Source of the DNA: Bacilli bacterium
Lineage (GTDB): Bacteria; Bacillota_I; Bacilli_A; JBKEDG01
Reading direction: 5' to 3'
Assembly: GCA_047975285.1 (NCBI GenBank)
Contig: JBKEDG010000061.1
Coordinates: 8,808 to 72,807 of the forward strand
DNA: 64,000 nt
A model generated the notes under the pieces. It was given only the letters and a program-made list of their open reading frames with translations, had not been told where the DNA came from and did not search any database. The position numbers and the translations under genes are program-made. Below are positions 20,719-30,504 of this stretch, one piece after another (position 1 is the first letter of the stretch; each line of letters starts with the position of its first letter).

Positions 20719-22329
20719 ATGAAGAGGATTAATAAAATTGTGTTCGTCCCATCAATAATAATTCTTGGTGGTGCCGCAATACTTGGACTTGTAGACGGTG
20801 AAAGGTTTGGCGAAATAAGTCATGGTGCATTTAGTTTTATCTTATCTAGTTTTGGATGGTTATTTCAAATTGCAGTTATGGCATCAGTATTTGTAGTGCT
20901 ATTTCTTTTTATTTCAAAGGGTAAAATTAGGTTTGGAGGTAAAAATGCTAAACCTAAATTTAGTTTCATGTCTTGGTTTGCCATGTCTCTTACAGGAGGT
21001 ATTGCAACAGGACTAGTTCTTTATGGTGTAAACGAGCCAATTGTTTATGTTGGTAATGTATATGGAGAGATGTCTCATTACGGTATTGCAACAGGAACAA
21101 CTGAAAGTGCAATTTTTGCAATGGGAAGAGTATTCTATAACTGGACATTTCTACCATACGCTACTTACGCACTAGCAGGTGCACTAATGGCTTACCTTTA
21201 TTTTAATAAAGGAACAAAGCTTGCTGTGTCTGAAACACTTAGACCAATTGTTGGTAAACTTGCAGATAATAATTATTTTAACTCTATTGTAAATACTTTA
21301 TCACTTTTGGCAATTGCCTTAGGTCTTGCATCTTCACTTGGTGGTGGACTTACATTTGTAGGTAGTGCTATAGAATTCAAGTATGGAATTTCACAAGGAT
21401 ATGTTCTTTGGGGAGTTATCGCTGCTGTAATTACAATAATCTTTACCTTTGCATCTTACAAAGGTGTAGAAAAAGGAATTAAGATTTTGGCTGATTTTAA
21501 TACAAGAATGTACTTTTTAATTTTACTTATTTTATTTATTGTTGGTCCAACAATTTATATGTTATCACTTTCTTCAACTGGAATGGGTTATTGGCTTGAT
21601 AATTTCTTCTCATGGGGACTTGATTCTGGAAACGTATTTAGTGCAAAAGAAATGACTGCAGGACTAGATGCATCACTTGGTGGAGACGCACTTGTTCAGT
21701 GGTGGACACTATATGACTGGGCTATGTGGATAGCATATGCACCTTTGATGTCAATATTCTTAGCAATGATTGCGTATGGAAGAACAATTAGAGAGTTTTT
21801 AATTGTTAACTGGATTTTACCAGCTACATTTGGAGTAGTATGGTTCACTATCTGGGGAGCAACTGCTATATACTGGCAAAATACAGGCGAAGTTGATTTA
21901 GTAAGTGTTATTAACGAAGGTGGTGCTCTTGCTGCTATGTGGGCATTTGTTGATAATATAAACATTGCAGGATTCAACATTGGAATGATTATTATCCCAA
22001 TAATGATTATTTGCTTAATTGTTTCATTTGCTACTGCTGCCGATGCAATGACTACATCAATTGCCACACTTTGTTCAAAAGATTTAAAGCAAGGTGAAGA
22101 ACCTTCAAGTTTCTTAAAGATTATTTGGGGTGTTATCATCGGAGCTATAGCATTTGTACTAGTTGCAAGCGTTGGTGGTGATCAAGGAGTTGATGGTGTA
22201 AAATATATGGCTGCTGTTGGTGGAGGATTTGTATTAATCATTTTCCTTGTACAAATAATCTCAGCAATCAAAACATTTTTTATGGAAGAATTAACCGAAC
22301 CAGAAGAACCATTAATGCATAATGAGTAA
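20719..22329 (+). CDS. BCCT family (betaine/carnitine/choline) transporter
   Basis: About 12 TM; KIRFGG..AKPKFSFMSWFAM, EP, GVEKGIKILA, WWTLYDWAMWIAYAP, GRTIREF; start ATG 20719 after GGGGG RBS. Confidence 0.92.
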   Translation: MKRINKIVFVPSIIILGGAAILGLVDGERFGEISHGAFSFILSSFGWLFQIAVMASVFVVLFLFISKGKIRFGGKNAKPKFSFMSWFAMSLTGGIATGLVLYGVNEPIVYVGNVYGEMSHYGIATGTTESAIFAMGRVFYNWTFLPYATYALAGALMAYLYFNKGTKLAVSETLRPIVGKLADNNYFNSIVNTLSLLAIALGLASSLGGGLTFVGSAIEFKYGISQGYVLWGVIAAVITIIFTFASYKGVEKGIKILADFNTRMYFLILLILFIVGPTIYMLSLSSTGMGYWLDNFFSWGLDSGNVFSAKEMTAGLDASLGGDALVQWWTLYDWAMWIAYAPLMSIFLAMIAYGRTIREFLIVNWILPATFGVVWFTIWGATAIYWQNTGEVDLVSVINEGGALAAMWAFVDNINIAGFNIGMIIIPIMIICLIVSFATAADAMTTSIATLCSKDLKQGEEPSSFLKIIWGVIIGAIAFVLVASVGGDQGVDGVKYMAAVGGGFVLIIFLVQIISAIKTFFMEELTEPEEPLMHNE

Positions 22330-22573
22330 TAAACAAGGTGTTACAATTGACTATAAAAAGTTGTTACTATCTAAACCAGATGGACTATTTGAATTATTTG
22401 CACTTGTATTTTTAATTGCATGCACTTTTGCGTTTTATTTTGCACCACTTACATTTAGCAAAATAGAACCAACAAAAGCAATTATGATGTCAATAGTACC
22501 AGCTTTTATTAGCGGATGGGGACTTTTTACGCTCGTTAGATTAGTAAGATACAAAAAAAAATATACTAAATAA
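22322..22573 (+). CDS. Small 2-TM hypothetical membrane protein
   Basis: 83 aa, start overlaps BCCT stop, two hydrophobic helices, basic C-terminal tail. Confidence 0.65.
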   Translation: MSNKQGVTIDYKKLLLSKPDGLFELFALVFLIACTFAFYFAPLTFSKIEPTKAIMMSIVPAFISGWGLFTLVRLVRYKKKYTK

Positions 22574-22734
22574 TAAAAAATAGTCATATATAATTCATAT
22601 GATAAAAAATGATAAAAAGAGGAATATTATGATAACATCAAAATATAATTTATTTTTTAAAAATTGGAACAATTTTACTCAAACCATAATAGTTTGATCT
22701 TTTGTTCTGATAGTTTATAATGTTATTATACTAT

Positions 22735-22775
22735 AACACTTCATAGCTATTTACAGAGCTATGAAGTGTTTTTAT
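22735..22775 (+). terminator. Perfect 14-bp hairpin with U-tail directly before the APC permease RBS (terminator or attenuator)
   Basis: AACACTTCATAGCT-8 nt loop-AGCTATGAAGTGTT then TTT. Confidence 0.75.
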
Positions 22776-22792
22776 ATATATAGGAGGTAAAT

Positions 22793-24139
22793 ATGAAAGA
22801 AAACAAAGCAGGTTTGCCACTTGCAGTATCTATGGTTATAGGTATTGTAGTTGGGTCAGGAATATTTTTTAAAAGTGATGATGTTTTATCTAAAGTCAAC
22901 GGTAATTTTTCCCTAGCTATAATTGCTTGGATTATAGGTGCAGTTGCTATGATTTTTGGAGCATTAGTAATTGGAACTTATGCAAGCAAGATAAGTCACG
23001 CAAATGGAATAATTGATTACTATGAATATACATTTGGAAAAAAGAATAAAAAATTAGGCGAATTATTTGGGTATATGATTGGTTCTTATAGCGCAATACT
23101 ATTTTATCCTGCATTAGCAGCAGTCATTAGTTGGGTTGCGGGAATGTACACCACTAGCCTATTCTATAATGGTGATGTATCTAATCACAAATTAACGTGG
23201 ATACTAGCCACTTCATATCTTTTAATCATTTTTTTAATCGCCACATTATCAAAACTACTTAGCGAATATATACAAGTATCTTCCACTATTTTAAAACTAG
23301 TACCAATTACTATTATAGTAATATTTGGAATAATTATAGGTTTTGATAATATTGATAACTTCTCAGCATCAATTAGTAAAAATAGTTCATATAGTTTTTC
23401 ATTTACTGGAGCAGTTATTGCAACTGCATTCTCTTTTGATGGATGGATTATCGCTACTACAATAAATGATCGTCTTAAACATCCAAAGAAAGATTTACCC
23501 CGTGCATTATTAATTGGTACAATATTAATTTTCGCTATGTACATTCTTTATTTTATTGGAATAACTTCAATAGTAGGTGTGCATTCAATTATTAATATAA
23601 AAGATAATGCTGTAGCACTAGCTTTTACTAATATACTAGGAAAAAGTGGTTCTACACTGATACTCATCTTCATAATAATATCTTGTCTAGGCACTGTAAA
23701 TGGATTAATTATTGCAACATCCAGGATATATTATCAGCTTGCAATACGTGGGCACGGTCTATTTCCACACTTAATAAGTAAAATTAATCCTCACACTAAA
23801 ACGCCAGTAATTTCATCACTTATTGGCTTTATAATTTCTCTATTTATGTTATTTGTTTGGTATAGTAATTATAATCCAAATATATTAATAAATAAATTTG
23901 TTGATATAAGTTCATTACCAATTGTATTAAATTATATCTCATTTTCAGTTTTATATATAGCTGCGATGTTCCAATTTAAAGACTTGTCATTAACAAGAAG
24001 ATTTGTATTTCCAATCCTAGCATTATTAGGTGCTAGCATAATTATTTACGGCGGATTTTTAGACGAGTCAATATTTTTATACCTAATAATATCTTTTATA
24101 ATTATATTAACAACGTTGATTTTTTTCAAAAAGACTTAG
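22793..24139 (+). CDS. APC family amino acid permease (LAT/SteT-like)
   Basis: GIVVGSGIF TM1, FSFDGW TM6, PKKDLPRA, about 12 TM. Confidence 0.92.
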   Translation: MKENKAGLPLAVSMVIGIVVGSGIFFKSDDVLSKVNGNFSLAIIAWIIGAVAMIFGALVIGTYASKISHANGIIDYYEYTFGKKNKKLGELFGYMIGSYSAILFYPALAAVISWVAGMYTTSLFYNGDVSNHKLTWILATSYLLIIFLIATLSKLLSEYIQVSSTILKLVPITIIVIFGIIIGFDNIDNFSASISKNSSYSFSFTGAVIATAFSFDGWIIATTINDRLKHPKKDLPRALLIGTILIFAMYILYFIGITSIVGVHSIINIKDNAVALAFTNILGKSGSTLILIFIIISCLGTVNGLIIATSRIYYQLAIRGHGLFPHLISKINPHTKTPVISSLIGFIISLFMLFVWYSNYNPNILINKFVDISSLPIVLNYISFSVLYIAAMFQFKDLSLTRRFVFPILALLGASIIIYGGFLDESIFLYLIISFIIILTTLIFFKKT

Positions 24140-24163
24140 ATTGAAGTATACTTCAATCTTTTT
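24138..24163 (+). terminator. Intrinsic terminator
   Basis: AGATTGAAG-TATA-CTTCAATCT followed by T-run. Confidence 0.75.
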
Positions 24164-24187
24164 ATAAAAAAATAACGTCAAATGACG

Positions 24188-24619
24188 TTACATAACTGTA
24201 AAAGTAATTAATGCACTAAAGACTTTGTCTCCATCTTTATTCACGGCATTTACTTCTCCTTTTCCAATGCCCATCTTCATTTTAATAAACGTAACTGTAA
24301 TATGTAGTTCGTCATTAGGCATCATTTTTTTTCTAAACTTCACTTTATCAATTCCAGTAAAATATCCTATTTTTCCTTTATTCTCTGCTTTTGACAATAA
24401 TGCAGTTGCTCCTACTTGTGCAGCAGCTTCAACTTGTAAAACTCCCGGCATCACAGGCTCATTTGGAAAGTGTCCTGCAAAAAACCATTTCGAATCATCT
24501 AGATAGACAGTTCCCTTGGCAACGGTCTCAGAAATAATTTCAACCTCATCAATTAACAACATTTCATAGCGATGGGGAATTATATTTTTTATTTGTTCTC
24601 TATTAAGTTTACTCATCAT
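24188..24619 (-). CDS. fabZ: 3-hydroxyacyl-ACP dehydratase
   Basis: IPHRY, FFAGHFP..PVMPGVLQVEA. Confidence 0.95.
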   Translation of the reverse strand: MMSKLNREQIKNIIPHRYEMLLIDEVEIISETVAKGTVYLDDSKWFFAGHFPNEPVMPGVLQVEAAAQVGATALLSKAENKGKIGYFTGIDKVKFRKKMMPNDELHITVTFIKMKMGIGKGEVNAVNKDGDKVFSALITFTVM

Positions 24620-25838
24620 TCCATCTCCTTAATATTATTGAAGCGTTGTGACCACCAAACCCTAATGAATTACTCATTACATACTCTAAATTTGATTTAC
24701 GTGCGATATTGGGTACGTAATCTAGGTCTAATTCTTCATCATTAACTTTATAATTAATAGTAGGAGGAATAAGCTGATCTTGAAGCGATTTTACACATAT
24801 AAGTGCTTCTAAAGCTCCTGCTCCACCAAGCAAATGTCCAGTCATTGATTTAGTACTGCTTACTGGAACTTTTGTATCTGTTCCAAACACTTCCTTTATA
24901 GCTAGAGTTTCATTTAAATCATTTGGACCAGTTGAAGTTCCATGTGCATTTATATAATCAATATCTTTTACATTTAACCCACTTGTTGTAATCGCTTCGC
25001 TCATACATCTTGCTCCACCATTATAATCTGGTGAAGTTATATGAAAGGCGTCACATGTAGAACCATATCCAACTATTTCAGCATAAATCTTAGCATCACG
25101 ATTTTTTGCGTGATCCAAATCTTCTAAAATAAGTGTCACCGCACCTTCTCCAGCTACAAATCCACTTCGTTCTTTATCAAAAGGTATGCTCGCTCGGTTT
25201 GGATCAGTACTAGTGGATAATGCTGTCATATTCATAAAACCACCAATACCGCACTTAGTAATTGGAGCCTCACTACCACCAACAATTGCAATATCAGCAC
25301 GATTGTCCATAATTATACGAAACCCATCAATAACTGCATGAGTACCTGCAGCACACGCTGTTGTAGTTGCAGTACAACTACCTTTTGCACCAAGTAGAAT
25401 TGCAATATTACCTGCAGCCATATTTGAAATTGAAGTTGGTATAAATAGTGGAGAAATTCTCTTAACACCTTTTTCATAGGATTTAATAATATTATCTTCC
25501 ATTGTTTTTAGCCCACCAATACCAGATCCATAAACTGTAGCCAACCTAGTTTCATCGTATTTCGTAAGCCCACTATCCTCAAAAGCCTGCGCTGAAGCAT
25601 ATAAAGCGTAAACAGAAAATAGATCATATCGTTTTAATGTTTTATAATCCAAGTATCTTTTCGGATCAAATTCTTTAACTTCCGCTGCTAATTTTACCTT
25701 AAAATCTTCTGTATCAAATCTAGTTATAGCACCAATTCCATTTACTCCCTCACTAATATTTTTCCAAATTGTATCTACATCATTGCCAACTGGAGTCACT
25801 CCTCCAAGTCCAGTAATAACTACTCTTCTTTTTTTCAT
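24609..25838 (-). CDS. fabF: Beta-ketoacyl-ACP synthase II
   Basis: TACAAG catalytic Cys, NAHGTST, KSMTGHLLG, NSLGFGGHN. Confidence 0.97.
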   Translation of the reverse strand: MKKRRVVITGLGGVTPVGNDVDTIWKNISEGVNGIGAITRFDTEDFKVKLAAEVKEFDPKRYLDYKTLKRYDLFSVYALYASAQAFEDSGLTKYDETRLATVYGSGIGGLKTMEDNIIKSYEKGVKRISPLFIPTSISNMAAGNIAILLGAKGSCTATTTACAAGTHAVIDGFRIIMDNRADIAIVGGSEAPITKCGIGGFMNMTALSTSTDPNRASIPFDKERSGFVAGEGAVTLILEDLDHAKNRDAKIYAEIVGYGSTCDAFHITSPDYNGGARCMSEAITTSGLNVKDIDYINAHGTSTGPNDLNETLAIKEVFGTDTKVPVSSTKSMTGHLLGGAGALEALICVKSLQDQLIPPTINYKVNDEELDLDYVPNIARKSNLEYVMSNSLGFGGHNASIILRRWNDE

Positions 25839-26585
25839 CTACATCACCATTCCACCATCAACATTTATTGCTTGTCCTGTTATATATTTACTCAAGTCAC
25901 TAGCTAAAAATAGTGCTAGGTTTGCAACATCATCAATGCTACCATACTTTTTCATTGGTACAACTGACAAAATACTTTTTTTAACGTCATCTGTTAAAAC
26001 ATCTGTCATATTTGTTTCAATAAACCCAGGACAAATAGCATTACACCTTACTCCTCTACCACCTAATTCTTTTGCAATCGACTTTGTCATCCCTAATATT
26101 CCTGCTTTACTCGCAGAATAATTAACTTGTCCTGCATTTCCAATTTTACCAATCACTGAACTCAAATTTATAATTGAACCTGATCTAGCTTTTGCCATTA
26201 TTGGGTAAACGGATTTAATCATATTAAAACTACCCGTAAGATTTATATTTAATACATCACTAAAATCCTTGGTAGACATTTTTCTAACTAATTTATCATT
26301 TGTAATTCCTGCATTATTAATTAAAATATCAATTTTCCCAAATTCATCAATGGTTTTAGCAATAATTTGTTCACAGTCATCAAATTTACTCACATCTCCC
26401 ATTACTATAATTGCTTTATTTCCAAGTTCCTCAACTTCTTTAGCTAATTCCCTGCATTGTACTTCTTGAGATTCATTAAAATAATTAATAACAACATCAC
26501 TACCATTGCTTGCTAATTTAAGAACAATTCCTCTACCAATACCAGTAGCAGCTCCCGTTACAATGCTAACTTTATTTTTTAACAT
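25839..26585 (-). CDS. fabG: 3-oxoacyl-ACP reductase
   Basis: TGAATGIG, NNAGIT, YSASK, PGFIET; lies in the fab cluster. Confidence 0.95.
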   Translation of the reverse strand: MLKNKVSIVTGAATGIGRGIVLKLASNGSDVVINYFNESQEVQCRELAKEVEELGNKAIIVMGDVSKFDDCEQIIAKTIDEFGKIDILINNAGITNDKLVRKMSTKDFSDVLNINLTGSFNMIKSVYPIMAKARSGSIINLSSVIGKIGNAGQVNYSASKAGILGMTKSIAKELGGRGVRCNAICPGFIETNMTDVLTDDVKKSILSVVPMKKYGSIDDVANLALFLASDLSKYITGQAINVDGGMVM

Positions 26586-27495
26586 CACTAACCTCCAACT
26601 TTTCTAATGTTTTATTTAATGATTTTATATCTTCAACATTTAAAACAATCGGTTTAACTTTAAGTTCTCTTCCAATTGTTTTTATAAATGATGAAATAAC
26701 TTTACCTGGCCCAAATTCAATGAAAGTATTGTATCCATCATCTAATAATTGTTTTATATTTTCATAAAATCTAACCGTATTATTCATTTGTTTAACCAAA
26801 ATATCTTTATCTATTTTACCGTAATAATTTCCAGTGTAATTTGACATTACTTTAGTAGCAGGCTCTTTAAATTCATAACAATCTATAACTTTTTTAAACT
26901 CCAGACTTGCATTATCTAAGACCGAAGAATGGAACGCTCCACTTACATTTAATTCCACTAATTTTGCTTCACTTGGAAATCTTTTAACTACTTCTTTAAG
27001 CTTGTTTCTTGCACCACCTATAACAATTTGTGTTTTAGTGTTATAATTACAAATTTCTACATCATCACTAATAATATCTCTAACTTGGTCATAATTTAAA
27101 CCGATTACTGCGTACATTGTACTATCTATATCTTTTACAGCATCATTCATTAAAACTGCACGTTTTTCTACCAAGTTTAGGCAATCTTCAAAAGAAATCG
27201 CACCACTAATAACTAATGCACTATACTCACCTAGTGAAAAACCAAGTGTAGTTTCTGCTTCAATTCCAAATTTTTGCAAAACTAAACAACTAGCAATACT
27301 ATGTGCTAGTATTGCTGGTTGTGTGTTAATAGTTGTGCTTAAGCTATTTTCTGGTCCATTAAAACATAGATTTAATATATTTTTATCAAGTTTATCAAAA
27401 ACTGTCTTGGCACAGTCATAATTTTCGTATAATTCTTTTCCCATTCCAACATACTGAGACCCTTGACCTGAAAAAACAAAAGCAATTTTATTCAT
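26572..27495 (-). CDS. fabD: Malonyl-CoA:ACP transacylase
   Basis: FSGQGSQ, GFSLGEY, VSGAFHS. Confidence 0.95.
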   Translation of the reverse strand: MNKIAFVFSGQGSQYVGMGKELYENYDCAKTVFDKLDKNILNLCFNGPENSLSTTINTQPAILAHSIASCLVLQKFGIEAETTLGFSLGEYSALVISGAISFEDCLNLVEKRAVLMNDAVKDIDSTMYAVIGLNYDQVRDIISDDVEICNYNTKTQIVIGGARNKLKEVVKRFPSEAKLVELNVSGAFHSSVLDNASLEFKKVIDCYEFKEPATKVMSNYTGNYYGKIDKDILVKQMNNTVRFYENIKQLLDDGYNTFIEFGPGKVISSFIKTIGRELKVKPIVLNVEDIKSLNKTLEKLEVSDVKK

Positions 27496-27496
27496 T

Positions 27497-27730
27497 TTAC
27501 AATTTACCCTCAATAAATGTTACTACATCGCCTACAGTCTTCAATGTTTTAATTGCCTCTTCTTCAACTTCAACATCGTACTCTTCTTCTAAATTCATTA
27601 CAACTTCCATAACACTTAATGAATCAGCATCAAGGTCTTCAATGATATTTGACTCTAACTTTACATCATTTGCCTCGCACCCTAATTCCTCTACTAAAAT
27701 TTCTGTAACTTTTTCTAATACATTTGTCAT
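27497..27730 (-). CDS. acpP: Acyl carrier protein
   Basis: DLDADSL phosphopantetheine Ser; acidic, 77 aa. Confidence 0.95.
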   Translation of the reverse strand: MTNVLEKVTEILVEELGCEANDVKLESNIIEDLDADSLSVMEVVMNLEEEYDVEVEEEAIKTLKTVGDVVTFIEGKL

Positions 27731-27741
27731 AATTTCTCCTC

Positions 27742-28692
27742 CTAAAATTTAAAGATTGTTGATCCCCATGTCAACCCTGCACCAAATCCTACAAACATAA
27801 TTTTATCATTACGTTTTATTATGCCTTTTTTTACTGCTTCACTAAAAGCAATCGGAATTGAAGCACTTGATGTGTTTCCATATGAATCAATATTTAAATA
27901 AAATTTATTGAGAGGGATTTTCTTTCCCTTACTCACATTCTTAATAATACGCTCATTCGCTTGATGAGGTACTATGTAAGAGACGTCATCTAATGTTAGT
28001 TTACTTTGTATAAGTGCGTTTTCGATTCCATCACTTACAGCTTTAGTTGCAAATTTAAAAACCTTAGTCCCATCCATTTTTACAACTTGATTACTGACAT
28101 CTCCTTTTTTCATGAAGTTTGAATTTTCAACTCCATCTACATACAAACTATTATCTATATCATCTATGCTATTTGTATAAATACTGTAGAACTTTGCTTC
28201 ATCACTTTTTTCTAAAACCATTGCTCCAGCACCATCTCCAAATAAAACACATGTGCTTCTGTCTTTCCAGTCTAAAACCTTACTTATTACTTCACTACCG
28301 ACAACTAAGGCTTTTTTATGTAAACCTATTTGAAGCATAGAGAGTGCGACTTTAAGTGCATAAATATATCCTGTACAACCAACATTTAAATCTAAACATG
28401 TACTAGCATTAATCCCTAATTTTTTCTTTAAAATCGCTGCCGAATGAGGCGCTAATTTATCTGGAGTAAATGAAGCAAAAACAATCAAATCTACATCTTC
28501 TAAATCAAGATCTTTTACCGCTTTATAAGCTAAATCAGTTGTGTTTTCTTCTAATGAAATTCTTCTATTCTTTATACCAGTTCTTGTATAAATCCATTCA
28601 TCATTTGTATCTACATATTTTTCTAAGTCAATGTTACTTACTACATTATCTGGTACATAATGTCCAACATCACTAATTTTTACATTAAACAT
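27742..28692 (-). CDS. fabH: Beta-ketoacyl-ACP synthase III
   Basis: GCTG, LFGDGAGA, PHQAN, GNTSSAS, GFGAGLTWG. Confidence 0.96.
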   Translation of the reverse strand: MFNVKISDVGHYVPDNVVSNIDLEKYVDTNDEWIYTRTGIKNRRISLEENTTDLAYKAVKDLDLEDVDLIVFASFTPDKLAPHSAAILKKKLGINASTCLDLNVGCTGYIYALKVALSMLQIGLHKKALVVGSEVISKVLDWKDRSTCVLFGDGAGAMVLEKSDEAKFYSIYTNSIDDIDNSLYVDGVENSNFMKKGDVSNQVVKMDGTKVFKFATKAVSDGIENALIQSKLTLDDVSYIVPHQANERIIKNVSKGKKIPLNKFYLNIDSYGNTSSASIPIAFSEAVKKGIIKRNDKIMFVGFGAGLTWGSTIFKF

Positions 28693-28700
28693 ATACCCTC

Positions 28701-29627
28701 CTAATAATTTCTAAAACGCTTATATCTATTAGCTACTAAAGATCTTTTAGAAACCTTAGCTAACTCATTAACCTTACTAACTAAAACATGTTTCACATCA
28801 GCAAATACCATTTCTTCATTGTTTTGAACTCCACCAGTTGGCTCAAATATAATTTCATCAACTATATTAAGTTTCAACAAATCAGTTGCAGTTAACTTCA
28901 TTTTATCACTTGCAAGTTTTGCTTTAGAGGCATCTTTCCATAGAATTGTTGCAAAACCCTCAGGAGATAATATAGAATACACAGCATACTCTAATATGTA
29001 AACATAATCAGCAACAGCAAGTCCTAGCGCTCCACCACTTCCACCTTCACCAATAATAATAGTTATAATTGGCACACTAACATTACTAAGTTCCATTAAA
29101 TTTCTAGCAATTGCTTCTCCTTGACCACGTTCTTCTGCCTCTATACCGGGATATGCACCTGGTGTATCTACAAAAATTATTACTGGACGATTGAATTTTT
29201 CAGCTTGTTTAATTAACCTTAGTGCTTTTCTATATCCTTCTGGATGTGGCATACCAAAATTATGAAATATTTTCCCATCAGTACCCGTGCCTTTCTCCTG
29301 AGCAATCACTGTAACACTTCGCCCATTAAGAGTAGCAATACCACCAATAATACTCTTATCATCTCGGTAAAGTCTATCTCCTGCAAGTTCAATAAAGTCA
29401 TCGAAAACATTTTCAATGTACTTAGTAGCAGTAGGACGATTTTTTATTCTAGCAATTTGAATTTTATCCCATGCTGTAAGTTTTGTACTACTACTATCTA
29501 TACTATTCAATAATTCTCTCAATTGAATAATTTTTTCCCTATGCTCTGGTAACTTCTCATTTAATAAAAATAATTTTTGCATTTCATCCTTAATTTCTTT
29601 AATCTTATTTTCTTTATTTAAATTCAT
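28701..29627 (-). CDS. accA: Acetyl-CoA carboxylase carboxyltransferase alpha
   Basis: NFGMPHPEGYRKA, DTPGAYPG, GEGGSGGAL. Confidence 0.96.
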   Translation of the reverse strand: MNLNKENKIKEIKDEMQKLFLLNEKLPEHREKIIQLRELLNSIDSSSTKLTAWDKIQIARIKNRPTATKYIENVFDDFIELAGDRLYRDDKSIIGGIATLNGRSVTVIAQEKGTGTDGKIFHNFGMPHPEGYRKALRLIKQAEKFNRPVIIFVDTPGAYPGIEAEERGQGEAIARNLMELSNVSVPIITIIIGEGGSGGALGLAVADYVYILEYAVYSILSPEGFATILWKDASKAKLASDKMKLTATDLLKLNIVDEIIFEPTGGVQNNEEMVFADVKHVLVSKVNELAKVSKRSLVANRYKRFRNY

Positions 29628-30504
29628 TGTTATCACCGTGCACTTTCAATAACTTATACAAAACGTTTCTCATTTCATTTCGTTCTACAACAATATCTAT
29701 AAACCCACACTCTTTCATAAATTCTGCTCTTTGAAAACCTTCTGGAAGTTTTTGTTTAATGGTTTGTTCAATTACACGCGGTCCTGCAAATCCAATCAAA
29801 GCATTGTTTTCAGCAATTATTATATCTCCTAAACTAGCAAATGATGCTGTTACACCTCCAGTAGTCGGATCTGTCAAAACACTTATGTATAAAAGTTTCT
29901 TTTTATTGTGCTTAACAAGAGCAGCACTAGTTTTAGCCATTTGCATTAAACTAACAATACCTTCTTGCATTCTAGCTCCTCCACTTGTTGAAACAATTAT
30001 TAAAGGATATTCTAAAACTGTAGCTTTTTCTATTGCTTTAGTAATCTTTTCTCCAACAACACTTCCCATACTACCCATTAAGAAATAGGAATCCATAATA
30101 GCTATAACACAAGGATAACTGCCAATTTTAGCATATCCTGTAATAACTGCTTCATCCAATTTTGTCTTATTTTGAAGTTCTATAATTTTTTCATCATATC
30201 TTTCAAATTTAAGAGGATTTTTATGTTTACTCTTAATTGAAAATTCTTTAAAAGAGTACTTATCAATTAATAAATCTAGTCTTTCATATGCCCTTAATCT
30301 AAAATTATGATTACAATTTGGACACCTAAATAAATTTTCTTTAACCTTTTCAGTTGTGACAGTTGACTTACAATTTGAACATAGTTCATATAATCCCTCT
30401 GGAATTTCAGGTCTTACATGTTTTGCGTCACGACGAGACATTGAATTCTTACGCATAATTTTTATTTGATTGTTTATAATGGTTTTAGCATTTAATTTAC
30501 TCAT
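29614..30504 (-). CDS. accD: Acetyl-CoA carboxylase carboxyltransferase beta
   Basis: CxxC...CxxC zinc finger, GSMG, SGGARMQEG, PTTGGVTAS. Confidence 0.96.
   Translation of the reverse strand: MSKLNAKTIINNQIKIMRKNSMSRRDAKHVRPEIPEGLYELCSNCKSTVTTEKVKENLFRCPNCNHNFRLRAYERLDLLIDKYSFKEFSIKSKHKNPLKFERYDEKIIELQNKTKLDEAVITGYAKIGSYPCVIAIMDSYFLMGSMGSVVGEKITKAIEKATVLEYPLIIVSTSGGARMQEGIVSLMQMAKTSAALVKHNKKKLLYISVLTDPTTGGVTASFASLGDIIIAENNALIGFAGPRVIEQTIKQKLPEGFQRAEFMKECGFIDIVVERNEMRNVLYKLLKVHGDNNEFK

Noticed and set aside
22574-22792. T-box or lysine riboswitch before the APC permease
   Set aside because: No GGTGGNACC T-box core and no lysine-riboswitch conserved blocks are visible.
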